A stretch of 64,000 nucleotides of DNA from Bryobacteraceae bacterium (GCA_035485055.1 DATHOJ010000083.1:55966-119965); one strand, 5' to 3'. Counted from the first letter of the stretch, positions 19,122 to 31,449 are shown. Notes: generated from the letters alone by a model not told the origin. Numbers and translations are program-made.

Positions 19122-19350
19122 CGGGACACTTCATTGACTTTCGTATGGGCGCCTACGCGAATCGACTTCAACAGACGCCGCATTGATGCACGCATACGGA
19201 CACTATCACCGGTTATAAATAAACCAGCGACATGATGTCATCCGGTAATGCGTGCGCAGTCTTCCGTTGGGGCAGCGTAAGCCGAAAAGTGCCCTGGTTC
19301 GGAGCGCCCGGCCTTGAGCTCAACCCGACGCTCACCGCCGGAAGAGCGCG

Positions 19351-19667
19351 GTGAGCGAAATGAGAGCCGTCCGTTTTCTGCGCGAGTGCTGCGCGCGGTT
19401 TCTCGATCTCATCGCCTTCAACGGGGAGAGAACTGTCGCCGCTTGGTTTAGCATCGGCCGGGTACTTTTAGAGAAGTCTTCCTGGTTTGTCTCACCTCAG
19501 TTCAATTCGTGACGGAATTGCTCTTGCGCGTCGCGTCAGTACAGATCTTGGGCCTTTGACGTCAGAGGCTTGACACGCAACGAATACTGGCGAGATTCAC
19601 CATTTCAAAACCCTTTTGAATTCAGGCGATCCTACGACGCTGCTTCCCGGCACTCGAAATGCATCGA
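19351..19667 (+). repeat. copy B of the ~320-bp inverted homologous leader/promoter segment (partner at 16760-17075)
   Basis: The same ordered blocks as copy A, read on the plus strand. By eye roughly two-thirds of positions are identical. Confidence 0.75.
19648..19663 (+). promoter_or_regulatory. candidate sigma-54 (-24/-12) promoter upstream of the mdlC-like gene
   Basis: CGGCACTCGAAATGCA, i.e. GG-N10-GC, at the position homologous to the copy A element. It is about 300 nt upstream of the ATG at 19961. Confidence 0.4.
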
Positions 19668-19903
19668 TTGGTGGCGGTTGGGAGGACTTCCAACCGGCGC
19701 TGGGACGCCTTCCGGAAGCGACTGCTGCATCTGGCGAGGTGGGCATTTTGATGGTTTGGAGAGGTGAGCTGTGAGCTATCGAGCAACCCAGACAAGAACA
19801 CGAAGAAGCTCTATAAGGAAGTTCAGAAGATGTTCAAGAACTTTCCGCCGAGGGCATCGTAATACTGCTGCGTACTTTCACTCAAGCTTCGTGTCACGGC
19901 TGA

Positions 19904-22301
<2,398 letters not shown>

Positions 22302-22597
22302 GTCGTCCAAATCGGCGTGAGTTAGGCCGTGGAGTTTGCGGGCTATCCGCTGCACTTGGGGCCTTCTTGCCAGCCTTTGCACCTCCCTGGCCTTGGCGCC
22401 CTAGACTCAGGTAGCACGACAGAAGCTTTTCGACCTAACGTTGACGCACTCCGATCTCCCCCGGGACACAGACGAACCGCATGGCATAATTAGCACCGAA
22501 AAGGAACGCCTTCTCTAACCGAGACACCCTCGCCGCAACAATGGAGGCCCTTCAAGGTCAGAATGACAGCCGGGAGAAAACGCCGGGTCCCACAGAT

Positions 22598-23851
22598 TTA
22601 CACAGGAGTAATAACCATCTCCTGCTTGGGGATACTATCGAGCATCGACATTCCCACTCCCAGATGCTGATCCATCAACAGGTGCGGCGTATGCGCCATC
22701 CACTCCGCTAACGAGATGTCCTGGTATTCCCCGGTCCTGAACATCTCAAGAAAGACCAGGTCAGTATCGCCCGTATTCTCGATGTAATGGGGGTTGGAAA
22801 TCGGGATGTAGCCGACATCTCCCTCTTCAAAATCCATCGTTCGGGCAGTCGACCCAGCGGCGAAAACGGTCATGCGTCCCTTACCCGTAATGTAGTACTG
22901 CCATTCATCCGCATTGGGATGCCAGTGTAGTTCGCGCAGCCCACCGGGTTTCAGCGTGACGATCGCCGCCGAAATCGGGGTCACTGGAAAGATCTTGGAA
23001 TCGATGATCTTCACCTCGCCGCCGCGCGTGACTTTTGTCGGCTTCATGGTGCTCGTTCTGAAGTCAAAACGCTTGGGCACGCTCCCGGTGCCCTGGGCCC
23101 CCTGCGCCTGTTCCGCTTTCAAATCCCCCGGCAGGCCCGTTTGAAAGATAAACAGCTCCTTCTTGGGAACCTTGTCAAAGGTCGATGGAGGTACATTGAG
23201 GTTTTTCGCAAGAACCTCCTTCGGTGTATGGGCGAGCCAGTCCGTAATCAGGAACGTATGAAACTCGTCAAAGTTCCCGTCGTCGAAAACCAGGAGGAAC
23301 TTACAACCATCCGGACCCAGACCCTGAATCGAATGAGGCACACCCGGGGGGAACAACCACAAGTCGTCCTTACCAACATCGCTGACAAAGCTTCTGCCTT
23401 CCTGATCCACTGCGGTAATGCGGGCATTGCCGTAGAGCATGATGGCCCACTCGGCCTCTACGTGCCAGTGGAGTTCACGGACGCCGCCCGCCGTGAGTCG
23501 CATTTCCACGCCCGCGATGGTTGTCGAAACCGGCAAATCGCGCACCGTGACTTGGCGCGTCCACCCACCGGTTTCCAGACGCTTGCGCGATAGAGAAAAG
23601 GAATACTTAAACGGCTTTACATTGCCGTTGTCGGTGGGCGGACACCATTCCGAATCCGGATTCTCCGCCGCCAGCGGACCGTTCACCTGACCCGGATTGG
23701 TCTCATTCGGCGCAGTATGTTTTGTAGACTGCTGCGCCTCCGCCATTCTCTCGCCGACCAGCGTCAGCGTAGTGGCTGCGACGGCCGCCGAGCCTAGACC
23801 AAATATGTCTCGTCTACTCATCTTCGTTTCGTCATTCTCAATATCAGCCAT
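22598..23851 (-). CDS. bicupin, oxalate decarboxylase/oxidase family, with a Tat-type signal peptide
   Basis: The RBS GGGAGAGGAG selects the ATG at 23851. Twin-arginine motif MSRRDIFGLGSAAVAAT. Two cupin motifs: GGVRELHWHVEAEWAIMLYGNARIT...PGVPHSIQG and GGLRELHWHPNADEWQYYITGKGRMTVF...GYIPISNPHYIEN. Confidence 0.85.
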   Translation of the reverse strand: MADIENDETKMSRRDIFGLGSAAVAATTLTLVGERMAEAQQSTKHTAPNETNPGQVNGPLAAENPDSEWCPPTDNGNVKPFKYSFSLSRKRLETGGWTRQVTVRDLPVSTTIAGVEMRLTAGGVRELHWHVEAEWAIMLYGNARITAVDQEGRSFVSDVGKDDLWLFPPGVPHSIQGLGPDGCKFLLVFDDGNFDEFHTFLITDWLAHTPKEVLAKNLNVPPSTFDKVPKKELFIFQTGLPGDLKAEQAQGAQGTGSVPKRFDFRTSTMKPTKVTRGGEVKIIDSKIFPVTPISAAIVTLKPGGLRELHWHPNADEWQYYITGKGRMTVFAAGSTARTMDFEEGDVGYIPISNPHYIENTGDTDLVFLEMFRTGEYQDISLAEWMAHTPHLLMDQHLGVGMSMLDSIPKQEMVITPV

Positions 23852-23873
23852 AAGTTCTCCTCTCCCTTGATCT

Positions 23874-25295
23874 TCAAAAAACATAAGTTACGTATGAAAA
23901 CGGGTAGTTGTAGTCTTTGCCGTGCGTTGCTTGATTCAAATACTCGCCCGTAAACAAGTGACAGAAGCCAAAGCCATAGTTTACGTGCCGATTTTGCTTA
24001 TACTCCGCGATCAAGTCGAGTTCCGCTCCGAGATGGCCGCTGCCTGCTCCGGGGTGCGCCGCTATGGCGATCGCACCACTGGAGCCATAGACTGCGTCAT
24101 TTTTCGTCGCCAGCCAGAAATCGTCGACTAGCTCCGTCAGCGTCCACTTGCTTCCAACTCTTTCGTCAACACCCACGCGGATGTCCTTGATGTTCCTCCA
24201 GCCGAATTGATCGGCGAAGTCCATCTTGTCGTGAGCGGAAGGATAGATCTGGTCATGCGTGCCCCAGGTGTTACCGTTTGGGTTCTTATCACCGGACGCG
24301 TAGTTGTACTCCGCAAAGACCCTCGGACGGATTCTTGTGTCCCGAAGCGTATAGCCAGCGTTCCAGTGCCCGGCCCAGGCGTCGATGGTATCGAGTCCCA
24401 GCGACCCGGTTTGCTTGTTCATTTCGACGTCGTAGTCGAATTTACCTAATACCGTGCCGGCCACTCGAGCTCCTCCCGTCACCTCGCTCAGATTTCCGCG
24501 GCCCTCGGTTTCGGGCAGGGAAGTCAGGCTGGGAGCAACTCGCCATAACAGATACGGCTCGATCGTTGTGTGCGGGAGAAGATGCGTGAAGCTGCTGTAG
24601 ATTCCATAGATATTGTTGCCTTCAATGTGGTGGTCAATCTGACCGTCGATGGCGTTAATCACCGACGCGGCGAAGATGCTGACCTGAACGCCCGGGTGAT
24701 GCAGATCGACTCGGACCGTATCGAACGTCCGTCCCATGTTCAACCAGTCGGAAGGTCCGATCACGCGCTCGTCGCCAAAGCTGAACATCTGGCGTCCTGC
24801 CACTAAGTCGATCCACCCTTCCGTCGAACTGCCAAGCCGAACGTAAGCCTCGCGAATATCCCAAATGTTCTGATAGGGAGGCGCAGTGCCTACGTGGTGA
24901 TTGAAAAAGACTCGCGAATCTTGCGTCACCCCAACGATTTCCAGCCAACTGGCCGGTTGAATGTACACGCCGAGGCGGAGCTGAGTCAGATCGTAAGCGT
25001 CGTTTACAGGAGCGAAATTGAGCCCATCCTGGCTCTCCGCGCGGTCGCGAAACTGTCCACCAAACTGAATCCAGTCGGGGAGCAACTGGTCCAATCTGGT
25101 AATCGGGAATAGCCAGCTACCCTCTTGATTGGGCTCGGATACCCGAAGATCCGTGGCCGCGTGGGATGCACCGGGACTGTCGGGCGGAAACGGCTCCGTG
25201 ACAGCATGCGTGAGTGGCTGAGCCAAGGCGCTGGCGGGAACCACGGCGCATAAGATAACGATGCTTAGGTATGGTTTGTCCTTCGGGCTGCCCAT
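23874..25295 (-). CDS. outer-membrane beta-barrel, alginate-export (AlgE-like) family porin
   Basis: Signal peptide ...ILCAVVPASALA. QFGGQFRDRAE, LTQLRLGVYIQP, VAGRQMFSFGDERVIGPSDWLNMGRTFDTVRV, alternating-residue strands, C-terminal ...YVTYVF. Confidence 0.7.
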   Translation of the reverse strand: MGSPKDKPYLSIVILCAVVPASALAQPLTHAVTEPFPPDSPGASHAATDLRVSEPNQEGSWLFPITRLDQLLPDWIQFGGQFRDRAESQDGLNFAPVNDAYDLTQLRLGVYIQPASWLEIVGVTQDSRVFFNHHVGTAPPYQNIWDIREAYVRLGSSTEGWIDLVAGRQMFSFGDERVIGPSDWLNMGRTFDTVRVDLHHPGVQVSIFAASVINAIDGQIDHHIEGNNIYGIYSSFTHLLPHTTIEPYLLWRVAPSLTSLPETEGRGNLSEVTGGARVAGTVLGKFDYDVEMNKQTGSLGLDTIDAWAGHWNAGYTLRDTRIRPRVFAEYNYASGDKNPNGNTWGTHDQIYPSAHDKMDFADQFGWRNIKDIRVGVDERVGSKWTLTELVDDFWLATKNDAVYGSSGAIAIAAHPGAGSGHLGAELDLIAEYKQNRHVNYGFGFCHLFTGEYLNQATHGKDYNYPFSYVTYVF

Positions 25296-25762
25296 TGTCG
25301 GAGGTCTCCTTCTATCGGCAGAAGATATGCTGCGAGAATTCTTGTCGCAGCAATATTCACAACGACGCTCTAGTGCAATTCGAGAGCCATTATGGGGGGT
25401 TTTATTTCAACGGGGTTTTCTGAGAGTTCTAAGCCCTCACTTCGCAACCAGACACGAGGTGTCGATCTTTCGACACGCCGCCATCGTCTTAATTCGATAA
25501 GCCGACAAGCAGGCTGGTTGAGACCCGCGGTCAACTGACATCCCATCGACCCGCCGCTCTCGAACTGTGAACGCACTGCGGTAAACCGGCGTCTTGCCGG
25601 GCTAACGACGGGATCCTCGTTCGGATTGAACGTTTCCCGTGATTCGAGAAAAGTGTATAAAGTGAGCGACGCCCAGACGAAGAAGCCAGGCGATTTGGAA
25701 AGGGCTTCCTATCCAAGTTGGAGGGACGGCCATGAAGGCTCCCTAGGTATGAAGCCTTCCTT

Positions 25763-25972
25763 TTACTCAGTCCGCAGAGCTTCCACCGGATCGGTACGCA
25801 TCGCGCGCCGGCAAGGTAAGTAGCAGGCTACGGCCGCGGTCATCAGCAGGAGCATTATCACCGCGACATACGTCAGGGTATCGAACGGTTTGACGCCGAA
25901 CAGCAGCGTAGCGACGTAGCGCGATAACCGCCATGCTCCGATCGCACCCAGTACGATCCCCTTTTTTAGGAC
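25763..25972 (-). pseudogene. orphan C-terminal tail (~65 aa) of an ADOP/FtsX-type permease
   Basis: GIVLGAIGAWRLSRYVATLLFGVKPFDTLTYVAVIMLLLMTAAVACYLPCRRAMRTDPVEALRTE and a stop. There is an in-frame stop 5 codons upstream of this stretch. Confidence 0.7.
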
Positions 25973-26355
25973 ACATTACGGGAAAAGGTTGGCCGGCCTC
26001 CTCTCGGGATCAGCCCACGCACTCTCATCTAGATCTGCACCTAATTGTGCCGGGGTGCGCATTCGTATCGCTGGGCCAAAGGTGGCGGGTTTGAGAAGGC
26101 CCCTCTGAACTATGCGAGTGGGGGGGCCACCAGCCTGTTCATCGCGCCGGGCGCAATCAGCAGGATCGCCTGACCGCGGTCGTGGTGGGCGGGGGGCGCG
26201 TGACGGCATCCGGTTCGAGCGGAAACAGACGCCTTGAGCTCCCCTGGGAGCCAAACTCGGCCTTCATCAAGGCGTTCGGGCTCAGCCTAAAACAGTTCGT
26301 CGGAGCGTCGGAGAAGACGATCGGTATGAGTCCGAATCGCCGAATATGCCGGCCG

Positions 26356-28776
26356 TCATCCATGACGAAGCGCTACGACTGGATCGACACGCATGGCACG
26401 GAACGCCGGAATTAGGCAGCCCAAAACTGCCGCGCCTGTGAGCACGAGGGAAACGAATACCAGCGTGGCGGGATCTCCTGGCGAGACCTGCACCAGCAGG
26501 GAACCGAGCGCTCGCGTAAGCCCGATTGCCGCACCCAATCCGATCCCAAGTCCAATAGCCACTTGCGCCATTCCCTGCGAGAAGATGAGCTGGAGGATCG
26601 TCGGGCCGGATGCGCCTAACGCCATGCGTAAGCCGATTTCCTGCGTTCGCTCGCTGACCGAGTGAGCGATTACCGCATACAGACCTACCGAAGCGAGCAT
26701 CAGAGCAATCAGCGCGAAAATCCCAAATAAGCTCCCAAAGACCTTCTGCGCCCAGTTGTTGATATCAAGGCGTTCCTCCAACGACCGCAGGTTGTAGAGC
26801 GGCATGTCCTGGTCCAGCGCCGCTACTTCCTTGCGGAACGCGGTTCCCAGGTTGTTAGGAGGAACCAGAGTTCGCGCCATAAGTGACATATCCCGCATCG
26901 GCTTCTGGCGGTATGGAACATAAATCAATGGATCGTGATCGCGCATGTTCGCATTTTCCAAATTTTGAATTATATTTGGCACTACCCCGACTACCGTTAG
27001 CCAGGACTGAGCCACATTCTTTTCGAAGAGCCGTAAACGCTTCCCAAGGGGATCTTCACCCGGCCAGAATTTCTCGGCAAAGCGTTGGTTCACGATCGTA
27101 ACCAGGGGACCCGAGGCACCGTCGGTCGCACTGAAAGATCGGCCGCGCAGCGGCTTCAAATCCATCGCACGGAAATAATCCGGGCTGATCACCAGCAAGT
27201 TCAACCTGGGGCGTTGCTTCTCATCGACCGGTGGCCTGCCTTCGAGTTCGTAGGGAAAATCGATCGCTCCGCCAGTCGGCATGGTGATGGAAATTGAGGA
27301 AACTTGAACACCGGGTAGGGTATCGAGCCGGGCCTTCAACCGATCGTGAAAAGAGATCTGATCCTCATCGCGCGGATACTTGGCTTCTGGAAGGAAGACA
27401 CGCATTACGAGAACGTTCTTTTGGTTGACACCGGTTTCGAGCCGATAAATATTCAGGAAGCTGCGGATCATCAGGCCGGCGCCCGCTAAAAGTACAACTG
27501 CGAGCGACATCTCCGCCACGACAAGGGCTCCCGAGAGATATTTGCCGCGCTTCCCTCCGCTCGATCCGCGGCTTCCATCCTTCAGCGACGAGTTTACATC
27601 GAGCCTCGAAAGCCGGAGGGCGGGAACCAGCCCAAACAAAACGCCGCTTCCGATCGAGACCGCAGCGAGGTAGGCAAATCCGCGGTAATCCATCGTAAAG
27701 CTCATCCATGCCGGAATTTGATCTCTCACCGTGCGGTCGAACGCGCGAATCCCCCAGACCGAGATTAACGAGCCGAAGGCGCCGCCCGCCACCGACAGCA
27801 TGACGCTTTCAATCAGTAGTTGCCCGATAATGCGCCAGCGTCCGGCACCCAACGCGATTCGAATGGAAATCTCCCGCGATCGTTCGACTGCACGTGCCAG
27901 GAGTAAGTTTGCAACATTGGCGCAGGCAATTAGTAAGACGAAAAGAACCGCGCCCATCAGCGCGGCGAGAAGGAGGTTGATCTCGGGACCGTTGAACTCC
28001 TCGCTAAAGGTGTGCGTTATGGCGCTGATGCCTTTGTTCGTCTCCGGATAGGCAACTTCGAGATTGTGCCCCACGAAGAGCATTTCCGCCTTCGCCTGCT
28101 TCTCCGTAGCGCCAGCAGTTATGTGTCCAAAGGCGCCGAAATTGCGTGCTGCACGCTTCTCGGCATCAGCGCCAGGATGCAGCGCGGTCCATATCTCAGT
28201 GTCGATCGGAAAGCGCAGGCCATTCTGCATGACGCCGACGATGGTGGTGGGTACCGAGTTAATTCGGATGATCCGGCCGAGGATAGCTGGATCCTTGCCG
28301 TACCGGTCCTCCCACATCCGGTAGCCGAGAATGGCGACAGGATTCGAGCCGGACGCCTCGTCTTCTGGAGTAAAATCGCGACCGATCACCGGCTTCTGGC
28401 CAATCATGGAAAACGTATTGGCGGTAACTTGAGAAATGTTGTTTCTCGCCGGCACGCCGCTTTTGTCGGTTACGTTGCCTTGGTCAAAACTGTAAGCTCC
28501 CAGGCCGTCAAAAGACTTCACCTGGGACCGCCAGTCTCGAAAATCCGGCCATGAAACTCCGGAGTTACGGTCTCCGCGGTCGACGTTCCTCGTCGTTAGA
28601 TAGAGGATGCGATCGTCGACGAAAGGCATGTTCTTAAACAGAACACCGTTTGTAATCGCAAATACGGTCGCGTTCGCACCTATACCCAAAGCCAGAGCGG
28701 CCACCGCGGTCAACGTGAAGACCGGATCTTTTGCCGGCTTTCTAAGTCCGAATCGAAGATCCTCGAATAAGACCAT
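26356..28776 (-). CDS. ADOP-family duplicated ABC permease (MacB-like, two FtsX domains)
   Basis: MVLFEDLRFGLRKPAKDPVFTLTAVAALALGIGANATVFAI..., two copies of the FtsX four-helix module, and the family end ...IPAFRAMRVDPVVALRHG. Confidence 0.9.
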   Translation of the reverse strand: MVLFEDLRFGLRKPAKDPVFTLTAVAALALGIGANATVFAITNGVLFKNMPFVDDRILYLTTRNVDRGDRNSGVSWPDFRDWRSQVKSFDGLGAYSFDQGNVTDKSGVPARNNISQVTANTFSMIGQKPVIGRDFTPEDEASGSNPVAILGYRMWEDRYGKDPAILGRIIRINSVPTTIVGVMQNGLRFPIDTEIWTALHPGADAEKRAARNFGAFGHITAGATEKQAKAEMLFVGHNLEVAYPETNKGISAITHTFSEEFNGPEINLLLAALMGAVLFVLLIACANVANLLLARAVERSREISIRIALGAGRWRIIGQLLIESVMLSVAGGAFGSLISVWGIRAFDRTVRDQIPAWMSFTMDYRGFAYLAAVSIGSGVLFGLVPALRLSRLDVNSSLKDGSRGSSGGKRGKYLSGALVVAEMSLAVVLLAGAGLMIRSFLNIYRLETGVNQKNVLVMRVFLPEAKYPRDEDQISFHDRLKARLDTLPGVQVSSISITMPTGGAIDFPYELEGRPPVDEKQRPRLNLLVISPDYFRAMDLKPLRGRSFSATDGASGPLVTIVNQRFAEKFWPGEDPLGKRLRLFEKNVAQSWLTVVGVVPNIIQNLENANMRDHDPLIYVPYRQKPMRDMSLMARTLVPPNNLGTAFRKEVAALDQDMPLYNLRSLEERLDINNWAQKVFGSLFGIFALIALMLASVGLYAVIAHSVSERTQEIGLRMALGASGPTILQLIFSQGMAQVAIGLGIGLGAAIGLTRALGSLLVQVSPGDPATLVFVSLVLTGAAVLGCLIPAFRAMRVDPVVALRHG

Positions 28777-28926
28777 GTGGCCTTAGACGTTAGATCTCAG
28801 GATAAAGTTCATTTCCTTTTTATTGCCAGAGCGGGTGGCTACAGCGCTCACCGGCTAAATAAGCACGGCATCCGCAGGCTAAGAGTTGGACGAAGTATAC
28901 AAACCTGGTATGTTAGCCTCACATTC

Positions 28927-29367
28927 ATGGCAACTGACCACCTCCTCGCTCTGCTCATAAAGGAACGAGACAAGCTAACGGCAGCAATCGAGGCCCTTCA
29001 AGGTCCGACGACGACAGAAAAAACGCCGGGTCCTGGTCGAAAGGCGGTACTGCCGTCTGTCGAACAGAACTCGAAACCGGAGGGCAACGTAGCTCTTAGG
29101 CCGGCGGCGAAACGAAAGATGAGTGCGGCCGGCAGACGGGCGATCATCGCGGGGACAAACAAACGCTGGGCCGCGATCAACGTGGCGAAGGCTGCTCTCG
29201 GGGCACGGGATCCCGTTACCGCGGCGCCCAAAGCCGCGCCAGCGAAGGTTCCGGTGGCACTCAGGAAAGGCGGCCTTACGACGGCAGGACGAAAGGCGCT
29301 ATCCATCGCAATGAAGAAAGGGTGGGCCGCGAAAAAGAAGGCGGCGGCAAAGGGGAAAGCGTCTTAA
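28927..29367 (+). CDS. hypothetical basic protein with two (S/T)AAGR(K/R)A...K(K/R)(G/R)WAA repeats
   Basis: MATDHLLALLIKERDKLTAAIEALQGP..., KMSAAGRRAIIAGTNKRWAAI and LTTAGRKALSIAMKKGWAAKKKAAAKGK. There is no clear RBS. Confidence 0.5.
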   Translation: MATDHLLALLIKERDKLTAAIEALQGPTTTEKTPGPGRKAVLPSVEQNSKPEGNVALRPAAKRKMSAAGRRAIIAGTNKRWAAINVAKAALGARDPVTAAPKAAPAKVPVALRKGGLTTAGRKALSIAMKKGWAAKKKAAAKGKAS

Positions 29368-29868
29368 CAGGACCGCTATCAGGCCCCGGCAAGCGCCGTC
29401 AGCCAGCGGCACCCCGCTACGCCCCAATCCTCGAAGCCCTTCGCCGGCGGCTCGATGAGGCTTCTGATGAAACGTTCCTCGGGCGTCAATGCACCATAGA
29501 GTATGCGGTGCCCAATGGAGATCTCTGAAGATCCGAGACTTAGTTCCCTGGCCAGTTCTACGGACCGGTGTCTGAAACTGCGCGCACCGGAACACCGGAC
29601 GCCGTGGAGCCGCGACACCGGTGCGGGGGGCCTAAAGTCTCAGTTGCTGACGTCAGCTTCCCCGTTATTTCTCGCTGCGCAAATGCAAATTTGTTCGACC
29701 GATTACGCATTAGATTTTAGAGGGATTTTCGACTCCTAATATCATGCAGGTAATAGCACATGTGCGTCGAGGGAGGGGGGCTGGCCTGTGGGTGCGGGGG
29801 CTGGATGCGACCAAATTGACCCTTTCTGCATAGCAGGCGGCGCAGCAAAAGAGTCCGGAGCGGTTCAT

Positions 29869-30159
29869 ATGGATGAGTTAGAACACAATGCGGTCCTGAT
29901 GCAGTTCAATCGGCTAATTGAAGAGCTGATAAGGGGGAGTCTGAATCGCAGCAGCTTCCAACCATGGGAGGTTGAAATACTCGTGGATATGGTTCGCTGC
30001 AAGTTGCCGAGGGCATCGCGCCGAGTCACTACACTGCGCGAGTACCAAAACGCAGTTCAGCAACGGATGCGGGAAGGGGCGCAAGTCCCGCCCAAGTTCT
30101 CTGAATATTTGCAGTTGAAAGGAAAGAGTTCGAACCTTGCCCGGCGAGCCCAAACTTAG
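29869..30159 (+). CDS. hypothetical protein (96 aa)
   Basis: ATG about 9 nt after GGAG. The sequence is amphipathic and helical-looking: MDELEHNAVLMQFNRLIEELIRGSLNRSSFQPWEVEILVDMVRCKL... No family recognised. Confidence 0.35.
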   Translation: MDELEHNAVLMQFNRLIEELIRGSLNRSSFQPWEVEILVDMVRCKLPRASRRVTTLREYQNAVQQRMREGAQVPPKFSEYLQLKGKSSNLARRAQT

Positions 30160-30363
30160 TGTCAGGTTTCTCAGGCTCTCAGTCGTGGGCTGCAGGCCGG
30201 TTCCGGCCGCCGCTAACTTTACCGCGCAGAGCTGATCACTAATCGCCTCTTCAGAAATCGCGTCTTTGCTCCTCGGACTGATGGCTATAGCGTCCAGCAA
30301 CGCACGCAGGAAATCGGTATTCGCCTGGCGCTGGGCGCGACAAGCGGCCAGGTAAGAGGAATA

Positions 30364-30587
30364 GTGATGAGCCAGGGCCTGCAACTCGCATTAGCAGGCG
30401 CGTTCGTCGGGTTGGGCTCGGCCTTCGCGCTGACGCGGTTTCTCGAAAGCTTCCTGTTCCGCGTGAAGGGTCACGATCCTGTGGTGTTCGCCCTGGTGCC
30501 GGTGGCGCTGAGTCTGATCGCATTTCTGGCAGTCTGGTTCCCGGCGCGGCGCGCATCGAACCGGTGGAGGCACTACGTTACCAGTGA
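30364..30587 (+). pseudogene. orphan C-terminal tail of an ADOP/FtsX-type permease with a terminal frameshift
   Basis: MSQGLQLALAGAFVGLGSAFALTRFLESFLFRVKGHDPVVFALVPVALSLIAFLAVWFPARRAS. A 1-nt shift restores the canonical end PVEALRYQ and a stop at 30585-30587. Confidence 0.7.
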
Positions 30588-30810
30588 TCGCGCACGGTGC
30601 CAAGATTGAGTACCGGGCGGCCCCCACTCATCGACATCGGGCCAAGCACCGCATGGGGTGGCGAAACGTCGCCAGAACTCTGCATGGCCGTGATCATTGA
30701 CGCCGTTTGGAAATCCCTCCCGAAGGCTGCCACCGACGCTGGCGCAACACAACCCTTTAGCTGACAAGCGTTTTAGAAAAGGCTCAGACAGAGAGGAAAA
30801 GGCGGCAGAA

Positions 30811-31449
30811 TCACTTCGCGTCGTCCGGCGGCTCAAGTGTGAACTTGGCGGCAACTCTGACCAACGTGGCGAAGGAGTCCGCTTCCATCTTTCGCATAAT
30901 GTGTGCGCGATGGACTTGAACAGTGTACTCTGTGATCCCTAACTCAAATGCAGCTTGCTTGTTTTGCAAACCGCGAACCAAGAGCGCCAGCACCTGCCGC
31001 TCTCGGGGCGTCAAACCCTTATATCTAGCGGCGAAGCTCTCGTATTCGATTGCCTCCTGTCGATTCTCGCGGTATCGCTGGAATGCCCTTTCCACCGAGT
31101 TAAGCAGGGCAGTATCGTCGACTGGCTTGGTCAGGAAATCGATCGCTCCTTCCCTCATTGCACGTACCGCCATCGGAATGTCGCCCAGACCGGTGATGAA
31201 GATGATCGGTAACGGCCACCTCTCGATGTTGAGTGTCGCCTGCAGTTCGAGGCCGGATATACCCGGCATTCGAATGTCTGCAATCAGGCACGAGGCTTCT
31301 CGTCCGGCCCTCGAATCCAGGAATTCCTCTGCCGTGCGGAAGCACAGTGCGGGTATCTTCTCCGACTCGACCAAGTCCAGGAGCGCATCGCGTATCGATT
31401 CGTCGTCGTCGAGAATTGCCACAAGACTTGAGTTCTGTTCTATGGGCAC
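30811..31449 (-). CDS. response regulator, FixJ/LuxR-type (REC plus HTH LuxR)
   Basis: VAILDDDESIRDAL..., ADIRMPGISGLEL, PIIFITGLGDIPMAVRAMREGAIDFLTKP, LTPRERQVLALLVRGLQNKQAAFELGITEYTVQVHRAHIMRKM. Confidence 0.9.
   Translation of the reverse strand: MPIEQNSSLVAILDDDESIRDALLDLVESEKIPALCFRTAEEFLDSRAGREASCLIADIRMPGISGLELQATLNIERWPLPIIFITGLGDIPMAVRAMREGAIDFLTKPVDDTALLNSVERAFQRYRENRQEAIEYESFAARYKGLTPRERQVLALLVRGLQNKQAAFELGITEYTVQVHRAHIMRKMEADSFATLVRVAAKFTLEPPDDAK

Noticed and set aside
29379-29618. A minus-strand 79-aa ORF as a PadR-like regulator upstream of the ADOP permease (…SIGHRILYGAL…EERFI…RWLTALAGA)
   Set aside because: The spacing between the putative HGY-like and GxLY motifs is wrong and identities are sparse. 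The ORF also lies 600 bp from the permease, with another gene in between.
29648-29655. TGACGTCA palindromes at 29648 (within GCTGACGTCAGC) and at 44058, as further sites of the same regulon as the 16863 and 19556 sites
   Set aside because: About one chance occurrence of an 8-mer palindrome is expected in 64 kb. One of these two is inside a coding region, and neither has a -24/-12 element at the right distance.
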